A DNA stretch of 64,000 bases from Oscillospiraceae bacterium (GCA_017452605.1 JAFTMB010000001.1:4110-68109); one strand, 5' to 3'. Shown: positions 19,342 through 29,594, counted from the stretch's first letter. A program made the numbers and translations. The notes: generated by a model not told the origin, from the letters alone.

Positions 19342-21804
19342 TTAGCCGACTACCTCGTAGCCTGCGTCAGTAATGGCCTTCTTCAGCGCCTGCACATCTG
19401 CATCGCCGGTGACGGTGACATTCTTCGCCTGCAAGTCCACCACTGCGTCCTGGGCGCCGGGAACGGCCTTGCATACCTTTTCCACCATTGCCTTGCAATG
19501 TACGCACATCATGCCCTCTACCTGAATTACTGTTGTCATAACCGTTTTCTCCTTTTCAGCCGTTTTTTCTTCATTATGCGCCTTATCGGGGCGGAAGCGC
19601 CGCAGCCGCAAGGCGTTTGTTACCACAAATACAGAGCTTAAGCTCATAGCCGCCGCACCAATCATGGGGCTTAGCTGAATGCCGATGGGCACCAGCACGC
19701 CGGCGGCAACGGGAATTCCCAGACAGTTATAGAAAAATGCCCAGAAAAGATTTTGCCGGATATTTCTCAATGTGGCGCTGCTTAAACGCACCGCATTGGC
19801 AACCGCCGTCAGATTTCCCGTCATCAGCACCACATCCGCCGATTCCATAGCGATGTCTGTTCCTGCGCCGATGGCCATTGAAGCATCCGCCGTTACCAGG
19901 GCGGGGGCATCATTGATGCCGTCGCCAACCATCAGTACTTTGCGGCCCTGCTGTTGCAGCTGTTTGACGGCGTTTGCCTTATCCGTAGGCAAAACCTCGG
20001 CAATTACTTGGTCAATCCCCGCCTTTTGGGCAATGGCCTTGGCGGTGGGTTCATTGTCGCCGGTGAGCATCACCACCTGCAGTTTCTGCCGCTTCATGGC
20101 TTCCACCGCGGAAGCAGAATCTTCTTTCAGTACATCCGCCGCCAAAATCGCGCCGTAGTATCTTCCGGTTTCGTCACCAAAATACAGCGGAGTCTTTCCC
20201 TGGGCGGCAAGGTCAGCATAATCGCCGGCTGCAATTCCCTTTTCCTGCATCAGCCTTTTGTTTCCGCCAAAAATCCGCACGCCGTCTATGGTACCTGCCA
20301 CGCCTCTGCCGGGCAGCACCTGGAAGTCCTCCACCTGCGTATCCGGAAACTCGGCGATTCTTTCCAAAATCGCCTTGGCAAAGGGATGCTCCGACCCCTT
20401 TTCCAGCGCAGCCGCCGTCTTCAGCAATTGCTCGGCGGACATGCCCTGGGGCAAAATATCTGTCACAGCAGGCTTGCCGGTGGTGAGCGTGCCGGTTTTA
20501 TCCAGCACCACCGTATCCACATAGTGCAGCTGCTCCAAAGCCTCTCCGTTTTTGAACAGCACGCCCATAGACGCGCCCTTTCCCGTACCTACCATAATGG
20601 CAACCGGCGTTGCAAGCCCCAACGCGCAGGGGCAGGAAATCACCAGCACGGAAATGGCGGTGGTAAGGGAAAACTCTAAAGATTCCCCCAGAATCATCCA
20701 CACGGCAAAGCTGATGGCTGCGATGGTCATCACCGCCGGCACAAACACACCGGCGATTTTATCCGCCAGCCGGGCAATGGGCGCCTTGGAGCCGCCCGCT
20801 TCCTCCACCATGCGAATCACCTGGCTTAAGGTGGTATCCTCTCCCACCTTCTCCGCCCGGAAGCGAATGTAGCCCTCTGTTTGAATGGTGGCTGCTGCAA
20901 CAGTATCTCCGGGGGCAACCTCCACCGGCACGCTTTCGCCGGTCAGCGCGCTTTGATCTATGGATGCGTGACCCTCCAGCACAACCCCGTCAACGGGAAT
21001 TCTTCCGCCGGAGCGAACCACGATAATATCTCCTACCCGAACCTGGTCGGCGGGGATTTCCGTTTCTTCTCCATCGCGAACCACCACAGCGGTTTCCGGC
21101 CGCAAATCCATCAGCGCGCGAATCGCATCCCCCGTTTTACCCTTGGCTCTGGTTTCCAGGAATTTTCCCAGGGTAATCAGGGTGAGAATCATCGCGGCGG
21201 ATTCAAAATACAGATTTTCCCTGTAAAACTCCACGGTTTCCCAATCTCCGTGGCCCATGGCAAAGGCCATGCGAAACAGCGCCGCCACGCCATACACCAG
21301 CGCCGCGCCGGAGCCTACCGCAATCAGGCTATCCATATTGGGGCTGCGGTGCCACAAGGCTTTCAGGCCTCTTGTGTAATACACCCGGTTAAGATACACC
21401 GCAGGCAGCGTCAGCAAAAACTGCAAAAGGGCGGCAACGAGAGCGTTTTCCCTGCCGTGATACCACCCGGGCACCGGCGCGCCTACCATGTGCCCCATGG
21501 TAAAGTACATCAAAATCACCAGAAACACTGCAGATCCGATAATTCTGATTTTCATATCCTTCATTGGATTTTCCGTTTTTTCCTGCTTGGTTTTTTCTCC
21601 ATAAAGCGCGGCTCCATAACCTGCGTTCTTCACCGCCTGAATAATGGCCTGCGCCACTTCCTCCGACTTCGCCTGCACGCTCATAGTGCCGCCAAGAAGG
21701 TTTACCTGAGCATCCTCCACACCGGAAACGCCCCTGGTCACCTTCTCCACCCGGGCAGAGCAGGCCGCGCAGGTCATACCGGTAACTGTAAACTTTATCT
21801 CCAT
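19342..21804 (-). CDS. copA: P1B-type copper-translocating ATPase with N- and C-terminal HMA domains
   Basis: GMTCAAC, TGES, CPC, DKTGTLT, HP, GDGINDAP, YN/MSLSS, C-terminal GMMCVHC. Confidence 0.95.
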   Translation of the reverse strand: MEIKFTVTGMTCAACSARVEKVTRGVSGVEDAQVNLLGGTMSVQAKSEEVAQAIIQAVKNAGYGAALYGEKTKQEKTENPMKDMKIRIIGSAVFLVILMYFTMGHMVGAPVPGWYHGRENALVAALLQFLLTLPAVYLNRVYYTRGLKALWHRSPNMDSLIAVGSGAALVYGVAALFRMAFAMGHGDWETVEFYRENLYFESAAMILTLITLGKFLETRAKGKTGDAIRALMDLRPETAVVVRDGEETEIPADQVRVGDIIVVRSGGRIPVDGVVLEGHASIDQSALTGESVPVEVAPGDTVAAATIQTEGYIRFRAEKVGEDTTLSQVIRMVEEAGGSKAPIARLADKIAGVFVPAVMTIAAISFAVWMILGESLEFSLTTAISVLVISCPCALGLATPVAIMVGTGKGASMGVLFKNGEALEQLHYVDTVVLDKTGTLTTGKPAVTDILPQGMSAEQLLKTAAALEKGSEHPFAKAILERIAEFPDTQVEDFQVLPGRGVAGTIDGVRIFGGNKRLMQEKGIAAGDYADLAAQGKTPLYFGDETGRYYGAILAADVLKEDSASAVEAMKRQKLQVVMLTGDNEPTAKAIAQKAGIDQVIAEVLPTDKANAVKQLQQQGRKVLMVGDGINDAPALVTADASMAIGAGTDIAMESADVVLMTGNLTAVANAVRLSSATLRNIRQNLFWAFFYNCLGIPVAAGVLVPIGIQLSPMIGAAAMSLSSVFVVTNALRLRRFRPDKAHNEEKTAEKEKTVMTTVIQVEGMMCVHCKAMVEKVCKAVPGAQDAVVDLQAKNVTVTGDADVQALKKAITDAGYEVVG

Positions 21805-21935
21805 TATAAGCCTATCTCCTTCCGACGTCTTTTATTGACAACGACCTTGTTCTATGGTACTATTTTACCACACGATGTCAAAAACGCAAGTACACTAAAC
21901 CTACCTTTTTATCCTAAACCCAAGGAGTTTTCCAC

Positions 21936-22778
21936 ATGAATATTAAAATTTTGTCCGACAGCACCTGCGACCTTTCTCCCCAGCAGCTTGCCCAGTATAA
22001 CATTGATTTGGCCCGGCTGACGGTTGTGAAGAACGACGAGCAGTTTGTTGACGGTGAAACCATCACCCCCGCTGACATCTTCGCCCATGTGGCTGCCGGC
22101 GGCGGTCTTTGCTCCACCTCTGCTTACAGTGTCGGTCAGTATCAGGAGCTGTTTGCCAAGTATGCCGACAAGTACGACGGCGTGATCCACATCAACATCA
22201 GCGCCCATTTCTCCTCCTGCCATCAGAACGCCTGCATCGCAGCCGAGGATTTCCCCAATGTCCGGGTGATTGACTCCATGAACCTTTCCACCGGTCAGGG
22301 CCACGTGGTGCTGGAGGCCTGCCGTCTTGCCCAGACCTGCAACGATTTGGACGAAATCGCCGACAAGTTAAGAGCCTTTGCTCCCCGGGTGGAGGCCAGC
22401 TTCCTTTTGGACCAGCTGCAGTACATGGTAAAGGGCGGCCGCTGCTCCTCTGCCGCCGCGCTGGGCGCCAATCTTTTGAACCTGAAGCCCTGCATTGAAG
22501 TGCGCGACGGCAAGATGTCCGTGGTGAAAAAGTACCGTGGAAGCTACGCCAAGTGCCTGGCAAACTATGTCAAAGACCGTCTGGCTGACCGGGAGGACAT
22601 TGTCCGCAACGAGCTGTTCCTGACCTACACCACCGTCACCGACGAATGCCTGGCGGCTGTGAAAAACGCCATCAACGAATACGGCCATTTTGAGACTGTG
22701 TACGAAACCACCGCTGGCTGCACCGTTTCCTGCCACTGCGGTCCGGCAACCCTGGGCGTTCTGTTCGTCAGAAAGTAA
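21936..22778 (+). CDS. DegV family fatty-acid-binding protein
   Basis: ILSDSTCDL, IDSMNLSTG, KGGR, LNLKPCIE, HCGP. Confidence 0.93.
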   Translation: MNIKILSDSTCDLSPQQLAQYNIDLARLTVVKNDEQFVDGETITPADIFAHVAAGGGLCSTSAYSVGQYQELFAKYADKYDGVIHINISAHFSSCHQNACIAAEDFPNVRVIDSMNLSTGQGHVVLEACRLAQTCNDLDEIADKLRAFAPRVEASFLLDQLQYMVKGGRCSSAAALGANLLNLKPCIEVRDGKMSVVKKYRGSYAKCLANYVKDRLADREDIVRNELFLTYTTVTDECLAAVKNAINEYGHFETVYETTAGCTVSCHCGPATLGVLFVRK

Positions 22779-22787
22779 ACTTCATAG

Positions 22788-22821
22788 GAAAAGCACCTGC
22801 CGTGAGGCAGGTGCTTTTTTA
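22788..22821. terminator. bidirectional terminator between degV and trmD
   Basis: AAAAGCACCTGCC-GTGA-GGCAGGTGCTTTTT. Confidence 0.85.
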
Positions 22822-23586
22822 TTTTGTTTCTTCCGCCGGAATTTGGGCGCTGTCTTCCGCTTCCATTTCCTTCAGAAGCTTTTTATCCTGCTTGGAGGAC
22901 AAATCCAGCTTTTCATACATATCCGGGCGGCGCTCTCTGGTTCTGCGCAGAGCCTGCTTTCTTCGCCACTGGCGTACCTTTTCATGGTTTCCCGAAAGCA
23001 GAATCTCCGGCACTTCCCTGCCGTGCCATACCGCCGGGCGGCTGTACTGGGGATATTCCAAAAGCCCATTGAAATGGCTTTCGTCTTCAAAGCACTCCGG
23101 GTCTGCCAGAACCCCCGGCACCATGCGGCACACCGCGTCCGTCACCGCCATGGCGGCGATTTCTCCGCCGGTGAGGACAAAATCTCCCAGAGAGATTTCT
23201 TCATCCACGCACTCATCGATAAACCGCTGGTCAATACCCTCGTAATGGCCGCAAACCAGCACCAGATTTTCCATCTTGCTTAGGCGGATGGCATCGCTCT
23301 GGTTGAAGGTATGGCCGCAGGGGGACAGATACACGGTATGCACCGGGCCGTTTGCCTCCTCGCAGACGGCTTCCCAGCAGCGGTACAAGGGGTCTGCAGT
23401 CATCACCGCGCCTCTGCCGCCGCCGTAGGGGTAATCGTCCACCTGATTTTGCTTGTTGGCGGTGTAATCCCGAATCTGGTGGGTTTCAATGCGCAGAATT
23501 CCCCGGTCCTGGGCCCGGCCCAAAATACTGTCGCTGAGCACGTCTCCCACAGACTCGGGAAACAAAGTCATAATGTCAATTCTCAT
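22819..23586 (-). CDS. trmD: tRNA (guanine37-N1)-methyltransferase
   Basis: TLFPE, VDDYPYGGG, CGHYEGIDQR, SLGDFVLTGGE, LEYPQY. Confidence 0.97.
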   Translation of the reverse strand: MRIDIMTLFPESVGDVLSDSILGRAQDRGILRIETHQIRDYTANKQNQVDDYPYGGGRGAVMTADPLYRCWEAVCEEANGPVHTVYLSPCGHTFNQSDAIRLSKMENLVLVCGHYEGIDQRFIDECVDEEISLGDFVLTGGEIAAMAVTDAVCRMVPGVLADPECFEDESHFNGLLEYPQYSRPAVWHGREVPEILLSGNHEKVRQWRRKQALRRTRERRPDMYEKLDLSSKQDKKLLKEMEAEDSAQIPAEETK

Positions 23587-24067
23587 CGCTTCGCATCCCT
23601 TCGATGATATTGACTTCCATGACCTCCCTATCCATATCGGTGCTTAAAACAAAGGCCTTGACGGCGGGAATCATGTATTCATGCTCGCCCCGCACCACAT
23701 ACACCTTGTTTCCGGGATAATCCAGCACATCCGCGATTTTGCCCAGCAGCTGACCCTTGCAAAACACCTGAACGCCAATCAGCTCATCGGCAAAAATCAC
23801 CTCATCGTCAATGTCTTCCCGATAAAGCTCCACAATCTTTCCCCTGAGAGCCTGAGCATCCTCCATGGTGTCCACTCCGGAAAGTTTCACAAGATTGCAG
23901 GTCTTCTGCACCCGGCACTGCTCTATTTTATATTCTTTTTCGCCTATTTTCAGGCGGTCAAATTCACACAAATCTTCGGGGCTGTCCAGCCAAGGCAGCA
24001 CCTTGACCTCTCCGCGCACCCCGTGGGTGGTGACGATTTCACCAGCTTTGATAAATTGGAGTTTCAT
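23576..24067 (-). CDS. rimM: 16S rRNA processing protein RimM
   Basis: THGVRGEVKV, PRC-barrel end (YMIPAV), position between khpA and trmD. Confidence 0.93.
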   Translation of the reverse strand: MKLQFIKAGEIVTTHGVRGEVKVLPWLDSPEDLCEFDRLKIGEKEYKIEQCRVQKTCNLVKLSGVDTMEDAQALRGKIVELYREDIDDEVIFADELIGVQVFCKGQLLGKIADVLDYPGNKVYVVRGEHEYMIPAVKAFVLSTDMDREVMEVNIIEGMRSDEN

Positions 24068-24136
24068 ATTCTTCCTCCGTTTTCCTGAGAAACGAGAAAT
24101 GCGTGACGCATTTCGCCACGCATACCCGTTCATCGA

Positions 24137-24367
24137 TCAATCTACGATTTCTACAGTGACCTTTTCGCCGGTGCGTTGGGCTACTGTTTTAACGATGGTA
24201 CGGATCTCCTTGGCGATCCGACCCTGACGGCCAATCACCTTGCCCATGTCGCCCTCGGCAACACGCAGCTCCAGCACCTTACCGTCTTCGTTGTCGATTT
24301 CGGTAACGGTGACGGATTCGGGATCGTCCACCAGATTCTTTGCCATATACAGCAAAAGTTCTTTCAT
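24137..24367 (-). CDS. khpA: KH-domain RNA-binding protein
   Basis: LVDDP, DMGKVIGRQGRIAKEIRT, position after rpsP. Confidence 0.93.
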   Translation of the reverse strand: MKELLLYMAKNLVDDPESVTVTEIDNEDGKVLELRVAEGDMGKVIGRQGRIAKEIRTIVKTVAQRTGEKVTVEIVD

Positions 24368-24390
24368 TGCGCTAACTCCTTCAGGGGTTA

Positions 24391-24630
24391 TTACAGCACG
24401 CCAGCCTTCTTCAGCAGACCGCGAACAGTGTCAGTGGGCTGAGCGCCGTTCTTGATCCATGCCTGAGCCTTCTCGGCGTCGACAGTAATGTTGCCGCTCT
24501 CCAGCAGGGGGTTGTAGGTGCCGATTTCCTCGATGCAACGGCCGTCGCGGGGGGAGCGAACGTCAGCAACAACAATGCGGTAGAAGGGAGCCTTCTTTGC
24601 GCCCATTCTTCTCAATCTGATCTTTACCAT
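24391..24630 (-). CDS. rpsP: 30S ribosomal protein S16
   Basis: [23 protein letters not shown]...GAQPTDTV. Confidence 0.98.
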   Translation of the reverse strand: MVKIRLRRMGAKKAPFYRIVVADVRSPRDGRCIEEIGTYNPLLESGNITVDAEKAQAWIKNGAQPTDTVRGLLKKAGVL

Positions 24631-24709
24631 GGGTTTCACCTCCAAATAAAATTACAAAATTTCTATATCGCAAAGCGGATTTGCTTTCAGCGAACCAGTT
24701 AATATCCGG

Positions 24710-26059
24710 TTAAAAACCGGGGAAGCCGCCGAAGCCGCCAAGGCCTCGCATACGCTTCATCCTTTTGCCTGCGCCGGGGCCGGAGAACTGCTTGATCATG
24801 GCGCGCATCTGCTCAAAGGATTTGAGAAGCTTATTCACATCCTCCACCCGCACGCCTGCGCCGGCGGCAATTCTCTTTTTCCGGGATGCGGCAATAATGC
24901 CGGGATTTTCCCGCTCCTTGGGAGTCATGCTCAAAATAATCGCCTCGGTGCGGGCCATGGCTTTTTCGTCCACCTGAATGTTTTTCAGGTTGCCGCCGCC
25001 GGGCATCTGCGCCAGAAGCTCCTGCATGGAGCCCATGCTCTTAAGCTGAACCAGCTGATCGTAAAAGTCCTGCAGCGTAAAGCGGTTGGACTTCAGCTTT
25101 TCTTCCATTTCGGCGGCCTTTTTGGCGTCGTACGCCTTTTCCGCCTTTTCAATCAGGCTCAGCACATCGCCCATGCCCAAAATACGGGAAGCCATGCGGT
25201 CGGGGTGGAAGGGTTCAATGTCCTCCAGCTTTTCGCCCATACCGGCAAATTTGATAGGCTTTCCCGTCACTGCCCGGACAGACAGCGCCGCGCCGCCTCT
25301 GGCATCGCCATCCAGCTTGGAAAGCATGACAGAGTCGATTTCCAGCCACTCGTTAAAGCTTTGAGCCGCATTGACAGCGTCCTGACCGGTCATGGCGTCA
25401 ACCACCAGCATGATTTCATCGGGCTGAACCGCGGCCTTGACATTTTTTAATTCTTCCATCAGCTGCTCGTCCACATGCAGGCGGCCTGCGGTATCCAAAA
25501 ATACCATATCGTGACCGTGCTGACGGGCGTAGCTGACAGCTTCCTTTGCAATGTCCACCGGGTTGATCTGACCCTTTTCAAACACCGGGATTCCCAGCTT
25601 TTCACCGCAAACCTTCAGCTGCTGAATGGCAGCAGGGCGGTAAATATCACAGGCCACCAGCAGGGGATTTTTGCCCTGGCGCTTCATGAGTCCTGCAAGC
25701 TTGCTGCCGTTTGTGGTTTTACCTGCGCCCTGCAGGCCTACCAGCATCACAACCGTAGGACCTTTGGGGTTGATGGTAATGTGCTTAATATCGCTGCCCA
25801 TAAGCTTGGTCAGCTCTTCGTTGACGATTTTGACAATCATCTGGGCGGGAGTCAAAGACTCCAGCACATCGGCGCCCACGCACCGCTCGGTTACGGATTT
25901 GGTGAAATCCTTACAAACCTTATAGCTGACATCCGCTTCCAGCAATGCCATGCGGATTTCCCGCATAGCCTCCTTCACATCGGCCTCTTTTAACCGACCT
26001 TTTCCGCGAAGCTTTTTGAAGGTAGCGGCGATTTTTTCAGTTAAGCCTTCAAATGCCAT
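24710..26059 (-). CDS. ffh: signal recognition particle protein
   Basis: ALLEADV, GLQGAGKTT, DTAGR, KLDGDARGG, Met-rich M domain. Confidence 0.98.
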   Translation of the reverse strand: MAFEGLTEKIAATFKKLRGKGRLKEADVKEAMREIRMALLEADVSYKVCKDFTKSVTERCVGADVLESLTPAQMIVKIVNEELTKLMGSDIKHITINPKGPTVVMLVGLQGAGKTTNGSKLAGLMKRQGKNPLLVACDIYRPAAIQQLKVCGEKLGIPVFEKGQINPVDIAKEAVSYARQHGHDMVFLDTAGRLHVDEQLMEELKNVKAAVQPDEIMLVVDAMTGQDAVNAAQSFNEWLEIDSVMLSKLDGDARGGAALSVRAVTGKPIKFAGMGEKLEDIEPFHPDRMASRILGMGDVLSLIEKAEKAYDAKKAAEMEEKLKSNRFTLQDFYDQLVQLKSMGSMQELLAQMPGGGNLKNIQVDEKAMARTEAIILSMTPKERENPGIIAASRKKRIAAGAGVRVEDVNKLLKSFEQMRAMIKQFSGPGAGKRMKRMRGLGGFGGFPGF

Positions 26060-26062
26060 AGT

Positions 26063-26407
26063 TTACTCCTTCAGGCTTTGGGTTGCATCTACAATTTCCC
26101 GCACCAGCTCTGCCGCCTGACCTTGGGTCTGCTGCTGAAGCCGGCTGCACAGGGACAAAATCTTTTCAATCTCCTTGCGGTTGTGAAGACCACGGCTGAC
26201 ACAGCCGATGTTTTCCTCCATTTTCCGCAGCAGCGCTTCGCTGCGGGAAAGATTATCGCACACAGCCTGACGGCTGATGCCCAAAATCTGTCCAATCTCA
26301 CCAAGAGAAAGGTCTTGGTTGTAACGCATATCGAAGCACTCTCTTTGACGCTGGGTAAGCAGGTCGCCGTAGTAGTCCAGCAATAAGCTCATCTGCAACG
26401 AATCCAT
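26063..26407 (-). CDS. ylxM: YlxM/UPF0122 HTH protein
   Basis: LLDYYGDLLTQRQ...DLSLGEI...ISRQAV, upstream of ffh. Start moved to ATG 26407. Confidence 0.92.
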   Translation of the reverse strand: MDSLQMSLLLDYYGDLLTQRQRECFDMRYNQDLSLGEIGQILGISRQAVCDNLSRSEALLRKMEENIGCVSRGLHNRKEIEKILSLCSRLQQQTQGQAAELVREIVDATQSLKE

Positions 26408-26452
26408 GCTTTTCGCCCCCGTGTCAAGTGTTTCTGCTTTACAAGCTTGGGT

Positions 26453-26481
26453 ATTATAGCATGGGGCAAACCCTTTGTCAA
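26453..26481 (-). promoter_or_regulatory. consensus sigmaA promoter of ylxM-ffh
   Basis: TTGACA-17 nt-TATAAT. Confidence 0.85.
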
Positions 26482-26487
26482 GTATTT

Positions 26488-26766
26488 TTACTGAACACCT
26501 TTGGATGATTTTTTGACGGCGCATACCACACCGAATACCAACCACGCTGCACCCATGGCAACAAGCAAGCCAAACAGCAGCATCAGCAATATCAGATACG
26601 CCCAGTTCGTCCATCCACTTAACCCGTACATTACCACACAAAGCACCATCAGCGCCACGACGGCCAGTACCGGCAACAGCCGCACCCACACCTTTTTTGC
26701 CAAAAAGCACAGCAGCTGCATGATAAATAACGTCCCTGCTGCCGCCAGCAAATAAATATCTTCCAC
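26488..26766 (-). CDS. small hypothetical membrane protein (about 3 TM)
   Basis: AAGGAG SD, GTG start, three hydrophobic segments. Confidence 0.65.
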   Translation of the reverse strand: MEDIYLLAAAGTLFIMQLLCFLAKKVWVRLLPVLAVVALMVLCVVMYGLSGWTNWAYLILLMLLFGLLVAMGAAWLVFGVVCAVKKSSKGVQ

Positions 26767-26776
26767 AAAATCTCCT

Positions 26777-27415
26777 TTACAGCACCCGATACCACCGGGA
26801 AACTTCCTTTACCTTCACAAATCCCATCCGTTCATAGAGCCTGACCGCCCGCTTGTTGGCATCTGCCACCAAAAGCCTTACAGTATCCCCGGTGAGGATG
26901 CTTGTCAGCGCCTTGACAACCGTTTCTCCCATTCCGGGAATGACGGCAATCACCGTGTCGATGAAATCCCCTCCGGCTCTGCCGATGCCCAGAAGCTTTC
27001 CCTCTTTGTGGATAAAATATCCGTCGCCGTCTTTGAGCATTTCCTTTCCCTTTGCGCCGTCCATAAATGCGGCGTTGGGGATGTGCTCCATGCGCTCATT
27101 ATAAATATCCAGCCACTGCTGCACCGTGCTTTCCGACACCGGGAACAGGCAGGCATCCGTTTCTCCTACCACGGCTTTGTCGCACTGCATGGTGTAAAGC
27201 GCCGTAATCAGAGGATACCTTTGCAGGTATTCGTGGCCTGCCGCGTCAATCCACTCAGCGCCGCACATCTTGCAAAATGCCACGCATTCATCTAGCAGCT
27301 TTTCCGGATTCTGGGTAGACTGCAGCTTGATATGGGCCCGCTTTCTATAAGGAATTTCCCACAAAAACAGGGAAGCCACGCCGTTTTCCGTGTCAAAAAC
27401 CGGAATGTCTTTCAT
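26777..27415 (-). CDS. GNAT-family acetyltransferase-like protein
   Basis: C-terminal VADANKRAVRLYERMGF motif, AAGGAG SD. Confidence 0.75.
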   Translation of the reverse strand: MKDIPVFDTENGVASLFLWEIPYRKRAHIKLQSTQNPEKLLDECVAFCKMCGAEWIDAAGHEYLQRYPLITALYTMQCDKAVVGETDACLFPVSESTVQQWLDIYNERMEHIPNAAFMDGAKGKEMLKDGDGYFIHKEGKLLGIGRAGGDFIDTVIAVIPGMGETVVKALTSILTGDTVRLLVADANKRAVRLYERMGFVKVKEVSRWYRVL

Positions 27416-27648
27416 GAAATCAGCTCCTTTTTGTTAGGATACCACACCCCAATCTCTGGCGCAAGTGGGTTTTCATGGAAGCGAAAATTGTGCAGATTTT
27501 ACAAGGATAATTCTGCTTTCCTTCTTTTCTTCTTGGTAACTAGCCGATTATTGGCAGTTTCCCCGCCGCACGCCGGGTATCGACTTGATTTTTAGGGCAA
27601 AAAAAGCTATAATAGCCCCATAGAACCCTACGAAAGGAGGACCATCTT

Positions 27649-27879
27649 ATGAAGAAAATCATTTGCAAAAAGGAATATGACACCGAAACCGCCACTCTGA
27701 TCAAGAAGCATGTCTGCGGTTTTTACGGCGATCCTGCCGGCTATGAGGAAATTTTGTTCCAGACTCCCGGCGGCCTGTACTTCCTGTATGTACAAGGCGG
27801 CGAGACCTCTCCTTACCCCAAGGAGGACATCCTGCGTCTGGCCAAGGCCAAGGTAAACGAGTGGCTGGATACTCACTGA
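27649..27879 (+). CDS. 76-aa hypothetical protein (KKII..K.YDTETA type)
   Basis: TTGATT-17-TATAAT promoter, AAAGGAGG SD, terminator directly after the stop. Confidence 0.85.
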   Translation: MKKIICKKEYDTETATLIKKHVCGFYGDPAGYEEILFQTPGGLYFLYVQGGETSPYPKEDILRLAKAKVNEWLDTH

Positions 27880-27966
27880 TATCCCTACATAAAAAGGCGA
27901 CTGCAAAGTCGCCTTTTTTGTCTTTTTTCTTGACAGCTATGGTATGATAGTGGTGGTGATAAACAG

Positions 27967-28845
27967 ATGATGAAACGAATTTTTTCTCTTTTCACAGCCC
28001 TTATTTTGCTGTGCCTGCTTGCCGGCTGCCAGGCGGCTGCACCTACGGCGCAAATCGCCGCCACAACATTGCCGGTTTATGAATTTACCGCCCGGCTTTG
28101 CGCCGGCACGGATTTAAGCGTTACCCGTCTGATAACGGACAAGGTATCCTGCCTGCACGATTATTCTTTGAATGTCAATCAGGTTCGCGCCGCCGAGGCC
28201 GCCCAGGTCATTGTCCTTTCCGGCGCAGGTCTGGAAGACTTTATGGCGGACATTTTGAAAGACAAGCAAACCATTGACAGCTCCGCAGGTATCCCCCTTT
28301 TGGATTGCGGCGACAGCCACCACCATGAGGACAGCCATCACCACCACGAGCAGGACGCTCACATCTGGCTCAGTGTGGAAAACGCCAAAATCATGGCGGA
28401 AAATATCTGCCACGGATTAACGCAGCGCTATCCCCAGCACGCCGCCGCCTTTGACGAGAACCTAACTTCTCTCCACGCGGATATGGACAAGCTGCGCGCC
28501 TATGCAGACGCAAGCCTTGCCAATCTTTCCCAGCGGGAACTCATTACCTTCCACGACGGTTTTTTCTATCTGGCAGACGCCTTTGATTTAACGGTTCTTC
28601 AGGCCATTGAGGAAGAATCCGGCAGCGAGGCCTCCGCCCAAACTTTGATTCATTTGATAAATCTGGTGCAAGACAACCACTTAAGCGCGGTATTTACGGA
28701 AGCCAACGGCAGCGCTTCGGCAGCAAGCATCCTTTCTGCGGAAACCGGCGCGGCTGTCTATACCTTGGATATGGCCATGTCCGGCGACAGCTGGTTTGAT
28801 GCCATGTACCACAACATTGACACACTGAAGGAGGCGCTGGAATGA
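27967..28845 (+). CDS. znuA: Zn/Mn ABC transporter substrate-binding lipoprotein
   Basis: LAGC lipobox, LHDY, His-rich loop SHHHEDSHHHHEQDAHIW, TFHDGF. Confidence 0.88.
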   Translation: MMKRIFSLFTALILLCLLAGCQAAAPTAQIAATTLPVYEFTARLCAGTDLSVTRLITDKVSCLHDYSLNVNQVRAAEAAQVIVLSGAGLEDFMADILKDKQTIDSSAGIPLLDCGDSHHHEDSHHHHEQDAHIWLSVENAKIMAENICHGLTQRYPQHAAAFDENLTSLHADMDKLRAYADASLANLSQRELITFHDGFFYLADAFDLTVLQAIEEESGSEASAQTLIHLINLVQDNHLSAVFTEANGSASAASILSAETGAAVYTLDMAMSGDSWFDAMYHNIDTLKEALE

Positions 28846-29594
28846 GAACTTCTCTGCACGGAAGCAATTGCGGCGATTCCTGCTGCCTGCGGGTGGAAAA
28901 CCTGTCGGTGCAGATTGGAAACGATGTAATCTTAAAAGATGCCAGCCTCCATGTTCACTGCGGAGAAATGGTGGCGCTCATCGGCCCCAACGGCGCGGGA
29001 AAATCCACATTCCTCAAAGCCGTGCTGGGCCAGCAGGAGCACGGTGGCATCATTGTGTTCTCCGCCCCCGGACAGCGGGGCAAAAAGCCGAAAATCGGCT
29101 ATGTTCCCCAGAGTCCCCAGTTTGACCCCGGCGACCCGGTAACGGTTGCCGACCTGTTTGTGTGCTGCATGAGCAAGCGCCCCGCCTTTTTAGGCGCAAG
29201 CAAGGCCATGAAGCAAAAAATTCTGGAATGTCTTGACCGGGTGCATGGCGTGGATTTAATTGACAAGCGGGTGGGCGCATTGTCCGGCGGCGAGCTGCAA
29301 AGAGTGCTGCTGGCGCTGGCGCTGGAGCCCATTCCCAACATCCTTATTCTGGACGAACCCTTGTCCGGCGTGGATGTGGAGGGTATGTCCACCCTGATGG
29401 ATATGCTGGACGAAATCCGCAACACCTATGACCTTTCTATCCTGATGACCACCCACGATTTTTCCATGCTGGAAAAATACGCCGACCAGGTTGCCCTCAT
29501 TAACCGGGGCATCACCGCTCTGGGCACGCCGGAGCAGGTGCTTTCCTCCCCTGCCTTTGAGCAGGCCTTTTCCCGGAAAGGAGGCGCGCTATGA
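28842..29594 (+). CDS. znuC: metal ABC transporter ATP-binding protein
   Basis: GPNGAGKST, IGYVPQ, LSGGELQR, ILDEP, THD. Confidence 0.88.
   Translation: MRTSLHGSNCGDSCCLRVENLSVQIGNDVILKDASLHVHCGEMVALIGPNGAGKSTFLKAVLGQQEHGGIIVFSAPGQRGKKPKIGYVPQSPQFDPGDPVTVADLFVCCMSKRPAFLGASKAMKQKILECLDRVHGVDLIDKRVGALSGGELQRVLLALALEPIPNILILDEPLSGVDVEGMSTLMDMLDEIRNTYDLSILMTTHDFSMLEKYADQVALINRGITALGTPEQVLSSPAFEQAFSRKGGAL

Noticed and set aside
21805-21935. CsoR or CopY operator upstream of copA
   Set aside because: No convincing TACCxxxxGGGGGTA or TACAxxTGTA palindrome. Only overlapping divergent promoters are visible.
26408-26710. N-terminal extension of YlxM in the 215-aa ORF call (likewise extended starts for truA, rimM, der, rplM, spoIVA)
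   Set aside because: The extensions overlap promoters or other genes. Downstream ATGs with SD sequences match the family N-termini.
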